From Chiloscyllium plagiosum (lineage: Eukaryota), in the NCBI RefSeq assembly GCF_004010195.1, contig NC_057719.1, positions 4,116,897 to 4,180,896 of the forward strand: a stretch of 64,000 nt of DNA, in the 5' to 3' direction. The translations under genes were made by a program, and so were the position numbers. Shown piece after piece: positions 52,200 to 64,000 of this stretch; position 1 is the first letter of the stretch, and the number at the start of each line of letters is the position of its first letter. The notes beneath the pieces are model-generated. The model was not told the origin of the DNA. It ran no database searches and saw nothing but the letters and a program-made list of their open reading frames with translations.

Positions 52200-54810
52200 T
52201 TACTGTGCTCCTTGCCAGACTCTTCCAGCACAGCTACCATAATGGCATCTACCCTACAATGTGGAAAATTCCCAAGTATGTCGTGCGCAAAAGTAAGGTC
52301 AAATCTAACCTGGCCGATTACCACCCCATCAGTCTACTCTTGATCATCAGCAGAGTGATGGAAGATGCTATCAATACTAGTATCAAGCAACACTTGTTCA
52401 GCATTAACCTACTCATTGACACAGAGTTCAAGTGTATTGCAGTCATAATCCAAACCTGGACAAAGGAACTGAATTCCAGATGTGAAGTGCAAGTAACTGC
52501 CCTTGACATTGAGGCTACATTTGATAGTGTGTGGCATTAAGGAGCTCTAACAAAGCTGGAGTCATTGGGAATAAATGGCATACTGTCCAGTGCTAGAGTT
52601 GTATTGAGCAAAAAGGAAGACATCTCTGCAGGACTTCCTTAGGGTAGTGTCCGAGGTCTAACCGTCTTCCACTGCTGCTTCACGAGGTCAAAAGTGGCAA
52701 TGTGCAGTCATCAGAAAACCATTTTTACCACCATATTGAAACAGCCCATGTCAAAATGCATAAAGACGTGGACAAAACCCAGCTTTGACCTGACAAGTGG
52801 CAGTATATTCATGCCATGGAAGTACTGGGCAATGACCATCTGCATCAACAACTGAGAGTCTACCATTGTTCCTTGACATTCATTGGAATAAACTTAACCA
52901 AATCTCCTGCTATTCCTAGGGGTTGCTATTGACTAGAAACTGAATTGAACTAGCCATACAAATACAGTGGTTTCAATAACCGAGCAAAAGCTATGGATAT
53001 TGCAGCAAATAACCACCCTCCTGTCCACCATCAACAAAGCACACATCAGTGTGGTGGGCTACTCCCCACTTGTCTGGATGAGAGCAGTTCTAGCAACACT
53101 CAAGAAACTTGACACCATCTAGGACAAAGCAGCCTATTTGATTGGCACCACATCCACAAACATTCACTCCATCTCCCATCAACACTCAGCTGCAGTGTGT
53201 GCCATCTGCACTGCAAACATTCTCCAAGGTTCCTTAGCACCCATCAAATTCACAGCCATTTCCATCTAGAAGGTCAAGGGTAGCCGATAAGTAGATGGGT
53301 GCAACTCCAACAGCATTGAGGAGGCAAGGAGGCTACAGAAGGATTTGGACAAGTTAGGAAAGTGGGTGAAGAAATGGTAGATGGAGTACAACGTGAGGAA
53401 GTGTGAGGTTATGCACTTTGGGAGGAAGATTAGAGGCATGGACTATTTTCTAAATGGGGAAAAAAATTCAGAAATCTGAAGTGCCCTAAAGAGACTTGGG
53501 AGTTCTTGTCCAAAATTCTCCCAAGGTAAACTTGCAGGTTAAATCAGTAGTTAGGAAGGCAAATGCAATAATGATATTTGTTTTGAGGGAACTTTAAATG
53601 TATAAGCAGGGATGTACTTTGGAGACTCTGTAAGGCTCTGGTTAGACCACATTTGAGTACTGTGTGCAGTTTTGGGTGCCATATCTCAGGCAGGATGTAC
53701 TGACCTTGGACCGTGTTCAGACGAGGTTCACGAGAATCGTCCCAGGAATGAAAAGCTTAACATATGAGGAACGTTTGAGGACTCTGGGTCAGTACTCTAT
53801 GGAGTTCAGAAGGTTGAGGGGAGGTATCTAATTGAAACATACAGAATGATGAATTACCTGGTCAGAGTAGATGTTGGGAAGATGTTTCCATTGGTAGGAG
53901 AGATTAGGACCTGAGACACAGCCTTAGAGTAAAGGAAGACCTTTTAAACAGAGATAAGGAGAAACTTCAGCCAAAGAGTGGTGAAGCTATGGAATTCATT
54001 GCCATAGGGGATACTGCTGCCTCACAGCTCCGGGGACCCAGGTTCAATTCCAACCTCTGGCGACTGTCTGTGTGGAATTTGCACATTCTCCCTGTGTTTG
54101 CGTGGGTTTCCTACGGATACTCTGGTTTCCTTCCACAATCCAAAGATGTGCAGGTTACGTAAATTGGCTGTGCTAAATTGCCCATAGTATTCAGGGATGT
54201 GCATTAGTCAGGGGTAAACATTGGGTAGGGGAATGGATCTGGATGGGTTACTCTTCGTTGGGTTGGTGTGGAATTGTTGGGCCGAAGGACCTGTTTCCGC
54301 ACTGTAGGAATTCTGTGAGAAACGAAAGAAGCTGTGGAGGCCACGTCATTGAGTATATTTAAGACTGAGGTGGATCGGTTCTTCAGTATCAAGGGTTATG
54401 GGGAGAAGGCAGGTGAATGGGATTGAGAAACTTATCAGCCATAATCAAATGGCAGAGTGGAGTGGATGAATTGGATGGCCTAGTTTCTGTTCCTGTGTCT
54501 ATGGTCTAATACTCAAGAAGCTCAACACCATCCAAGGCAAAGTATCCCTTTTGACTGGAACCACATTCACAAGAATCCACTCCCCCTACCACCAACACAG
54601 TGACCCAGTGTATACTATGTACTAGATGCACTGCAGAAACTCACCAAGGTTCCTTAGACACTACATCCCAAACCAGTGATCACTTTTACCTAGAAGGACA
54701 GGGCAACACATATCTGGGAAGACCACCATCTGCAAGTTCCCCTCCAAGACACTCACCATCCTGACTCCCAAGCGTATTGCCTTTCCTTCAATCTTGCTGG
54801 GTTGAAACTC
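52200..54810 (+). mobile_element. CR1-group LINE family 2 with a nested CR1 family 1 copy (~53290-54508)
   Basis: LARLFQHSYHNGIYPTMWK..ALDIEATFDSVWH; nested gagtacaacgtgaggaagtgtgaggttatgcactttgg. Confidence 0.8.
54012..54318 (+). mobile_element. HE1-like V-SINE nested in CR1
   Basis: ctgctgcctcacagctcc..ggttcaattcc; caatccaaagatgtgcagg. Confidence 0.85.
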
Positions 54811-55933
54811 ATTACTGCAGAGGGCTGTGTAAGCTGATTCTTTGAATGTCTTTAAGGCAGAGATAGGTTCTTGATTAGTGAGGGGATCAAGGGTTATGTG
54901 GAGAAAGAAGAAGGGGGTTGAGAAACAAATTAGCCATGATCAAATAGTGGAGCAGATTTGATGTACCAATGGCCTATTTCTGTTCCTTTAGGAATATCTA
55001 CCCTCCTCATTTGTTTGACTTTGCAGCATCACAGTTCTACTTTTTCCAATTTACAATTGATCCAAACTTCTAATTTTTATTGAATCCAATTCATGAACGC
55101 GTTTACAGATTAACGCAACTACTGTATGTTATTGAAGGAAGTCTTCCTGTAAGCTTTTCCCTCTGTGCCCTCAGATCTCTAATCGACAACATGATCACTC
55201 TTTCTCACATTCTTTGTATTTGTCCCTACTGAACTTGGAATGTTTACTTAGATTGCCGATTAGTGAAAAACAGTTGTGAAACATCAAGGGACTCTAATTC
55301 ACCTTTAGGGTATGTAACATGGAAGCAAATTAAACTGATGTATCAGTCAGTCACCTGACATCAGAATTTTGGAAATCACTCCAGAATGTCTCGAGTTACT
55401 GTTCTGAGTTGTAAAGAGCAATAAGATAGCTATCCAACAATTTCACAGATTATAGCAATATCATAACGCCATTTGATACTGTTTCAGCGCTGGTAAGTAA
55501 GTATCGTCCTAAGTATGACACAAAACAAAACTGAAAGGCCAGACAAAGCTCAAATCTCCCTTCAGAGGGCTGCTCTGAAAATATGTATAATTTTTCCAAA
55601 ATCAAGTTTGTGACCCTTGGCTTTTAATTTGGTAGAGTTGCTTAAAGCTGGTATTTAGAAACAACTTTAAGCACTGAGATAGTATACAAATCCTACTAAA
55701 CTGTTTGCAGCAGATTATTGGAAAATTCTTATGGAATTGACTTTTGAGTCATGGATACAATTTTTAATTAAGTCTTAATTATAGCTATATAATGAACAGT
55801 ATTTCTGTGTCTTCAAGATCCATTAGTTGGAAGATCTCGTATTTCTGTTTGTAGCAGAGATGGTTTCTTGCTGGGTTTTCTTTTGCTCTGATTGAAGATC
55901 TATCAATATCTATCAATTTATTTCATTTATTAG

Positions 55934-56089
55934 GTCAGCAACTGTAATCTCTATCGTCTTGGAAAGAAGAAAGGACTTCCTAGTCGGATGGTTGTCTCAA
56001 TATTTGACCCACCAGTGAATTGGCTTCCTCCTGGCTACGTGGTAAATCAAGACAGATGCATTATGGACAAGAGTGAAGTGAAGGACATG
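55934..56089 (+). CDS. DICER1: DICER1 coding exon (approx. exon 22), RNase IIIa
   Basis: attag|[52 protein letters not shown]|gtatgt; 156 nt. Confidence 0.97.
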
Positions 56090-56799
56090 GTATGTGTAAG
56101 GGAGAGATGGGTAAGGTTTCTTTACAAATGAAAGGACAAATGCTGGAATAGAGGGCTCCCAGTTTCCTTCGTTGAATTTAAAATTACATTTTCCATACCA
56201 ACTTTGTAAAACCTGGCTGAAATTGCTGCACCAGTGCCTGAATTTACCATGGACAATAAATATTCTGTTGCTGAGCAACATGTTGGCAGTGTCTGCATCT
56301 GCAAATTCCAGAGCTTGCTTTTGATTGCTAGTAGCTTTTGGGATGTTTTGTCTTCAAACTGTGTAAGTGTGGAAGGTATTAGTTCTCAAGCATACTGTGT
56401 CGAGAAGAATGATTGATTGTGCATGCAGTTTGTTTCCAGTGCAGGTTTCTGTGCTGCGCAAGCATGGAATAAACTAAATACTTTGTTTCTCTTTAACTTT
56501 TCCTACAATATGTGAGGTACAGTCTGGGTTATTTCTGAGACTACTTGATTTCAACTCCTGGCATAGGATAGGAGATTAAGGTCAAAGGACAAGTCCATTG
56601 ATTAGATAGTCAAGCCTTCATCTAATCACTATTAGCAAGGAAAAATGTTGAGTCCTCCAGTGAAATCGGTAGAGATATCAATAAAAGAAAGGAATATATT
56701 ATTTAATTTTGACTTTTTTTTTTAAAGTTTCTAGCTGTATAGGTTAAAGAAAAGTCAACAATGAGCAGTGTCAGTCATTTGAGAGAGATTTTGTAACTT

Positions 56800-58180
56800 C
56801 CAAATGTATGATTCATTAAGGAAGTAAGTTTATAAGAAAGACAAACTATTCATTGATAACTAAAGAAGTTATGGATTGTGTCAAATTGAAAGAAAAGATG
56901 CACAGTGCTGCAAATATTAGAAGTAGGTCTGAGATGGAGATGGGAAAATTTTAGAAACGAGCAAAGGATAATTTTTAAAACAAAATGAAATAGGGAGAAA
57001 TTAGAATATGATAGTAAATCATAAGAGATAGAAAGACAATAAGAACTTATACAATTATATTAAAAGTAGCTAAAGTGAATGTTGGTCCCTTAGAAAATAT
57101 GGAGAATTGATATTGGAAAACTAGGAAATAGCAGAAACTTTAAGCAGGTATCTTGATCTGTCTTCAGGATAATAAGCACCAAAAGCATCTCAATAAAGAG
57201 AAATCATGGGGCAAAAAGAAGGAATGAACTTATTACTATCACTGTCACTTAGGTATATCAATGATGAACAAAGCATTGGCTGGCTTACAGAAAACAGCAT
57301 GAGAAAAGTTATTTCCGGGTTGGCAAACTGAAATTAGAGATTAGTGCTGGTGCTTAAACTCTCTCTGACCTGTGCTGATGATTTGGATGAAGGGGCCAAC
57401 TGTATTGAAGTCATCTTTGCTAATGATGGAAAGGAAGGCAAGTTATGAGGATGACAAAAATACATGTTAAGTGAGTGGGCTGTAATTTGGCAAATGGAGT
57501 ATTATGTGGGTAATGAGATGGTCCACTTTGGAGGAATAGAAAATCAGAATATTATTTCAATTGATATGAGAATTGCAAAGTGTGTCAATGCAGAGGATTT
57601 GGCTTCATCGTGCCTGTATTACAAAACATTAGCATGCAAGTGCAGCAAATAATTTGTAAGGCACGTTAAATGTAGAGCTTTTTGCAAAACTGATGAAATA
57701 TAAAAGTAGGGGAGTCTTGATGCAGATATACATAAAAATGGTGAGACTGCAACTGGGTACAGTTTTGGACCATTTAAGGATCTGATAAATTGGAAGCAGA
57801 CCACATAAAATTCACTAGGTCGATTTCTAGGATACTCATGTTGCCTTTTTGATTTAGGCCAATATTCATTGCAGCTTAGACGAATGAAAGGTGATCTTCT
57901 TAAAATATATTCTGAAGAGACTTAACAATGTAGGTGCTGAGAGAATGCTTCCCTTTTATTGGAGGAATCTAGAGCTGGAGTATAGTTTCAGAGTGAGAGG
58001 TCTCCCATTTAAGACACTGAGGAGGAATTTCTGCTTCTTGATGAGTTGTAATCTTTGTAATTCTCTTCCCCGGCGAGCAGTGGAGATTAGGTCATCAGTG
58101 GAATGGATGTGGGAATAGGCAGGAAAGTAGAGTTGAGGTCTAAATTCAATTCATGGAGCGTACTGTTCCTATTTCTTATG
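56800..58180 (+). mobile_element. Old CR1-type LINE remnant
   Basis: LSEWAVIWQMEYYV..MVHFGG; FRVRGLPFKTLRRNF. Confidence 0.65.
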
Positions 58181-59043
58181 TTTTTGAAGAATGGTGATAA
58201 CAAACAGTGAATATAATATCTACCTTTTGAACTAGTAATGAATGGCTTCTTGGATATTTTGTGCTAATTCACTGTCTTCTCCCACTCAGAACTAAGCTGC
58301 CAATCTTCTACTCCACCCTCATCAACTTAATTTATGTAATCCCCTTAATGTAGCAAAATGTCCCAAAGTACTGGATATCTTTAGGAATTCTCCATTCTCT
58401 ACAATGCATGATCTCCAATGCAGTTTAAGGATTCACTCATGTCTGTGCCATTATAACTCATCTGAAATCCACAGTTGCCTTATTATTTACCACTTGCCCA
58501 ACAACTCTCTAATTTGTCCCTATCTAGCGGAATAAATTGAAATCCTTGATTTACAAAGCTTCTCACAACTTCATTCCACTGCAGTCACATACTCACTTAC
58601 TGTTGCTGTTGCTCTGCACTCCACCCATCTACTGGTAACAGCCTTCATCAACCTTGGAAGTATCACACTCCATCTTGAAAATCCCTTCCTCTTTTACATT
58701 TGTCATCTCTTAAACACCTGAAAATCTCTTCAACTGTTTTTGTTCACTTCTTAATTCCAACTTTCACTTTTTCTTCATGTGTGAAATGTTTGGTTACTTT
58801 ACTTCTTTAATGAGTTACGTGAATATAAATTACTGAGTCTGCAACCTTTTTGTGTTACTCCAATTTCATGGAATATGCAGAAAATATTTCCGATTAAACA
58901 GATTTTATTATTTATTTGTATATCTGAGGTCAGTCACTTTAGGAACCAGTTTACTGCACACCCTGACTCCTGCTATAGAATAAACAACTGTTGACATTGT
59001 GTCCTTATGTTATAGAACAGTAGTTAAATTAGGAATACATCTC

Positions 59044-59061
59044 GTGTGTGTGTGTGTGTGT
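59044..59061. repeat. (GT)9 microsatellite
   Basis: gtgtgtgtgtgtgtgtgt. Confidence 0.9.
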
Positions 59062-59269
59062 CTAGTTTATGAAAGAATTGAATGATTACCTCCAGGTGAA
59101 GGCATTTGCAATACTGTTGAGAAAAGGCAAGGGAATGGGACTTGCCAAGTAGCTGTCAGAATGGGCCATCAGTGAATTGACCAGCTAAATGATCTGTTTG
59201 GGTGTTGTATTTATTTCATCTCTGTCCTGAGATTGATCCTAACAGACTTGGTCCCAACAGCATGTTGGT

Positions 59270-59690
59270 GATAGAGTCATACAGCATGGAAACAGGCTGT
59301 TCAGTTCAACCAGTCGGTGCCGAACATAATCCCAAAGTAAACCTGCCTGCTCCTGGCCCACATCCCTCCAAACCTTTCCTTCATGTATCTATCCAAATGT
59401 GTTTTAAACGTTGTAATTGTACCAGCATCCAACACTTCCTCAGGAAGTTTATTCCACACGTGAACCACCTTCTGTGTAAAACAAAAAAATTGCCTCATGT
59501 CTTTTTAAAATTTCTCTCCTCTCGCCTTAAAAGTGTACCCTCTTGTCTTGAAATCCCCCATCCTAAGGAAAAGACAATGAGCATTAACTGTATCCATACC
59601 TCATTATTTTATAAATTTCCATCAGATCGCCCCTCAATCTCCTACATTCCAATGGGAAAAATGTCCCAGCCTATCAAGTTTTTCTTGATC
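59270..59690 (-). mobile_element. CR1-type LINE 3' fragment
   Basis: FTQKVVHVWNKLPEEVLDAGTITTFKTHLDRYM; tail agagtcatacagcatggaaac. Confidence 0.85.
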
Positions 59691-60077
59691 TTGAGGTATA
59701 ACCCACGTATAGAATATGAATGTGGTGGGGTAGTGAACAAATGCAGACAAAAGGGCAGGGGATTTAGATTTGAGTGGTTTTATTTCTTCCTTCTCTCACC
59801 CAGACCCCCCCCCCCCCAATTGGGCCTTGGTTGCCTGTGTGGCTTCAGGGATATTTGTATCATTAATAAGTCAATTATTGACATGCTGTTGGGAATCCTG
59901 TTCCATCTGCCAACTTTTTGGTATCAGGAGAGTGACATGGATCTCTCCCATGATTAAGTGGACCCAGTCATCAAGATTCTTGTAATGATTGCATGCAATT
60001 CCAGGCTGCACGAAATCAAAACTTGGGGCATTATGAAGAGACGATGCACAATGTCTAATCTTGAAATTTTCTTTTAG

Positions 60078-60984
60078 ACAGAAACCGATCAAGTGGCTAA
60101 TGGTGATTGTTATTTGGATGATGATGAGGAGGAGGAGGAAGAGGAGGACGATGACCCTGATTTCCGTGAAGATTTGATGTGGAGGGCACAGAAGGAGGAA
60201 GCAGAATATGATGATGACTTCTCCGAGTATGATCAGGAGCACATTAAATTCATCGACAATATGCTTATGGGTTCTGGGGCTTTTGGAAAAAAGATCTCTC
60301 TTCCTGCTTTCCCACCCAATGATGCAAGCTACGAGTGGAAACCTCCCAAAAAATCTGCATCAGGAAATGGTCATTCCTCCTCCGATTGTGATGAATTTGA
60401 CTACAGCTCCTGGGATGCTATGTGCTACCTTGACCCGAGTAAGGCTACAGATGAAGATGATTTTGTTGTGGGATTCTGGAACCCATCTGAAGAGAATGGC
60501 GGTGTTGATACTGGCAAGCAGTCCATCTCTTATGACTTGCACACTGAGCAGTGCATAGCGGATAAGAGCATTGCTGATTGTGTAGAGGCTTTGTTGGGCT
60601 GCTACCTAACTAGCTGTGGTGAAAGAGCTGCCCAGCTGTTTCTCTGCTCGTTGGGTTTGAAAGTCCTCCCAGCAGAAGAAAAGCTTGTAAACAAAAAGAT
60701 CCTACCTGAGGAACAGAGCGCCTTTGATCTAAACTCTCAGACAGGCACTGAAACTCCTCCTCTTTCATCCACTTTGAAATCCCCTTCTTGCAAAGACCTA
60801 GAGTATGGACATCTTCAGATTCCTCCTAGATGTATGTTCGATCACCCAGATGCTGATAGGACCCTGGGCCATTTAATATCAGGCTATGAAAACTTTGAGA
60901 AGAAAATAAACTATAGATTCAAGAACAAGGCGTATCTTTTACAGGCATTTACCCATGCCTCCTACCACTACAATACAATCACAG
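60078..60984 (+). CDS. DICER1: DICER1 coding exon (approx. exon 23), RNase IIIa C-terminal part and RNase IIIb start
   Basis: ttttag|[10 protein letters not shown]...[21 protein letters not shown]...[30 protein letters not shown](D)|gtaaag; 907 nt. Confidence 0.96.
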
Positions 60985-61599
60985 GTAAAGCCCTGCCAAT
61001 TCCTGTAGGCCACAATAAATGCTTAATGTAGTCAGCTGGTCTGCCAGTATTTGTAGAGAAAGAGAGTACATTTCAGGGTCTTACTTTGTCACAGGAGACT
61101 GTCAGAAGGACTGTGAAATAGGGTTGGAATTAGTGGTGGTTTGCTGTGGGATTTGTGATCTGAGAGTTTTATCATCTTTGGTTATGGTGGGCATAAGAAA
61201 ATCAATGGAGTACCTGGGTCATTGGCAATAGAGATTGTGTTGTAGGTGACTGAATTTTTTAGAGTCAGAAGAAAGGTATTGCTAAAATTAGATGATTAGG
61301 ACTAAACAGCATAGTTTAGTAACAGATTTAGTAACTAAGCAGCATAAACAGTTTTGAGAATGACATTTAAAGGGAATATACAGCTAATGTGGCCATTATG
61401 ATGGGTAGCATGTGTAAATTGAAGATCATCTTGGGTTGAGGTAACCATTTCATTTGAGTTCATGCAAATTGTAATTTGGTCTGAACAAACACCTGAAGAA
61501 TTGGCTATTAGAATCCGTGAGGTGCATGATTTATTTTGTTTTAAGGCTGTTTGAATGGTAGAATGCCTTGGTTTATCCAACCAACCTGCATGTACAAAT

Positions 61600-62510
61600 G
61601 TCCTGCAAGGAAGGAGTTCCTTAGCATATTGTCTTAGTCTCAGTTATCTTCAACTACTTCTTCATTAATGACCGTCCATCCTCCGTAAGGATAGAAGTGG
61701 GGATGTTCATTGATGATTGCATATTCGCCATTCACAACTCCTCAGATACTATAATCCATGTCAAAAATCCAGGTTTGGGGTAACAAGTGGTAACGTTTGC
61801 ACTTTGACCACCGTCCCTTGGCATTTAGTGGCATTACCATCACTCAGTCCCCCACTGTCAACATCCTCGGGATTACCATTTACCAGAAGATGATCTAGGG
61901 TAGCTATGTAAATACAGTGGTTACAAGAGCAGGTCAGAAGTGAGGAATGATATAGCAAGTAACACACCACCTGACTCCCTAAAGCCTGTCCATCATCTAC
62001 AAGGGCAGGTAAGGAATGTGATGGAATACTCCCCATTTGCCTGAATGAGTGCAGTTCCAACAACACTTGAGAAGCTTGACACCATCTAGGACAAGGCAGC
62101 CCCCTTGATTGTTTGTGGCTGTGCTGCCATTCATTCACTCCACAACCAATCCTCAGTAGCAGCAGTGTGTACTATATACAAAATGCCCTGCAGAATTTCA
62201 CCAAAGATCTTCAGATAGCACCACCACCATCTAGAACAACAAAGGCAGCAGATACAGGAGAACAGCACCACCTGTAAGTTCACCTCCAAGACAATGACCA
62301 CCCTCTCTTGAATATATATTGCTGTTCCTTCAGCGTCATTGGGTTGAAAACCTAGAATTCCCTCCCTGATGGCATTTTGTATTTAACTAAAGCACACGGA
62401 CTGCAGCAGTTCAAGAAGGCAGCTGACCACTATCCCCTCGAGGCAACTAGTGATAAATAATAAGTGCTGGCCCAGCCAGCAATGTCCATGTCCGATGTGT
62501 ATTAAATAAA
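61600..62510 (+). mobile_element. CR1-group LINE family 2, 3' portion
   Basis: gaagtggggatgttcattgatgattgc as in the 30000 copy; tail aagtgctggcccagccagc..aaataaaa. Confidence 0.8.
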
Positions 62511-62659
62511 AAGAATCCTTCTTCCTACCCTGCCATGCCTCCATGAGACTCCAAACCCCCACAAGTGTGGTTGACTCTTAACTGGAATATCTCTGGAAGC
62601 CATTTCGTGCTGGATTGAAAAATGTAAAACTGACTCCATGCCCATTTCTGAAGATGTGG

Positions 62660-63570
62660 AATTGCTCATGTTGGATTGGTTGAACAAAGTCCAAAATCAC
62701 ATGACACCAGGTTATAGTCCAACAAGTTTATTTGATAGCTCTTGGAGCATAGCCTCTTTCAGTTGAAGTGAGAGTGAAGCACACAGAATACAGAATTTAT
62801 AGGCAGGGAGATCAAAAGATCATGCAAATGGTGAGAGTAAAGTGTCAACAGCTGAATAACAAGTGAAGGGATAACGTTTATTCCGATTAAATGAGGCTGA
62901 GAGATAATTACATAAATTGAGAATAACATGATGCTGGAAACGAGCCAGATGACTGGAATGTGACATGGAACAAAAACAGGAGAAGCCCAGCAGGGGTTGC
63001 TGGGGGTGCTCAGCGGGTCTGGTGATATCTGTGGAAAAAAAAAATCAGTTAACATTTCAGGACCTTTCCTCTGGTTTTTCTTCACAGATGCTGCCGGACC
63101 TCCTGGGCTTTTCCAGCAGCTTCTGATTTTGTTCCATGTTATTCCAGTCTTTGGGTGTGTCTCCAGCACCACCTTCCTTTTTACTTTTTTGTAATTGTCT
63201 CTCTGCCTCATTTAATTGGATTAAAGGTCATCCGTTAGCTTGTTATTCAGCTATTGACACTTCACTTTCACTGTCTAGCACTTTTGGTCCAGAGACTTAT
63301 TATTCGACACTCCATTCACACCAGTTGTATGATTTCTTTTGATCTCTGACCTTGATCTCTCTGCTCATGTATTCTGTATGCTGCTTTCTCACTTCACCTG
63401 ACAAAGGGGCCACACTCCAAAAGCTTGTGATTTCAAATAGACTTGTTGGATTATAGAGTCATGAGATGTACAGCACGGAAACAAATCAACCCATCCATGC
63501 CGACCAGATATCCCAACCCAATCTAGTCCCACCTGCCAGCAACCTGGTGTCATGTAATTTCTGACCATGT
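62660..63570. mobile_element. Large fold-back PLE (family D) with a nested family C fold-back and a CR1 tail
   Basis: Arms catgacaccaggttatagtccaacaag..aacagctgaataacaag..aaatgaggc versus gcctcattt..cttgttattcagct..cttgttggattatag..acctggtgtcatg. Confidence 0.75.
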
Positions 63571-64000
63571 CTGAAGAACAACAATTGAAATCAGCAGGCA
63601 GGTGTCTTGTTCATGGAAGTGAGTTCTGAAACTGCAGAAGGTCAATTGTATGAGAATAGTTGGAGAGAATTTGGACTCGTGGCTCAAGTCATTGCTAAGT
63701 TACTGAAAGTTTATTACCCCACCGTGTGTTAATGACATTACAGAGAAATATTTGTTGACTTGTGTCTGCAGAAAACCTATTGGACAAATAGCCACTTTTT
63801 AATTGAGGGTGAAGAAGGAAGCACTTAAGATTTTAACTGTCATTGTGTGTGAATTTTAAAATTGGCATTTTAGTTCCAATTTTGTACATCAGGAAAGTAG
63901 CAGGAAACTTTTCCTACAATAGAAATCCAAGCAAGATCCAATGGACTTTTCTCAAACAACTTATGAATGACTATTTTAGAATAATTTTTTAAAACTTTTT

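Noticed and set aside
59202..59957. 251-aa plus-strand ORF just upstream of a DICER1 exon
   Set aside because: Runs antisense through a CR1 3' fragment and low-complexity intron; no recognisable protein motifs; not needed for the Dicer frame
60071..60082. Second AG (ttag|acag) 4 nt downstream of the exon acceptor
   Set aside because: Using it would shift the frame; the first AG gives the conserved reading frame
60985..64000. Search for the RNase IIIb catalytic exon (CYQRLEFLGD)
   Set aside because: Not seen; most simply downstream of the window, so not evidence of truncation

Overview
Eukaryotic genomic DNA from a cartilaginous fish, almost certainly a shark (HE1/V-SINEs, HER1/CR1-type LINEs). 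The window holds the central part of DICER1 on the + strand. Twelve GT-AG coding exons (3474-60984) splice into one open frame covering the DUF283, platform, PAZ, connector, RNase IIIa and the start of RNase IIIb domains; they correspond to human exons ~12-23 as recalled from memory. The gene extends beyond both window edges. The introns are packed with nested transposable elements: two CR1-group LINE families, RTE, tRNA-derived SINEs, Tc1/mariner-type MITEs and a possible solo LTR. The most unusual signal is at least four families of Penelope-like element (PLE) 3' ends, three of which carry recognisable minimal hammerhead ribozyme motifs. Many are inserted as fold-back (inverted) structures with 9-15 bp target-site duplications (TSDs). 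One is a ~192-bp near-perfect hairpin with an intact hammerhead on each strand inside the Dicer pre-mRNA. Exon coordinates were read at base level; most TE boundaries are approximate, and family names come from motif recognition, not a database search.
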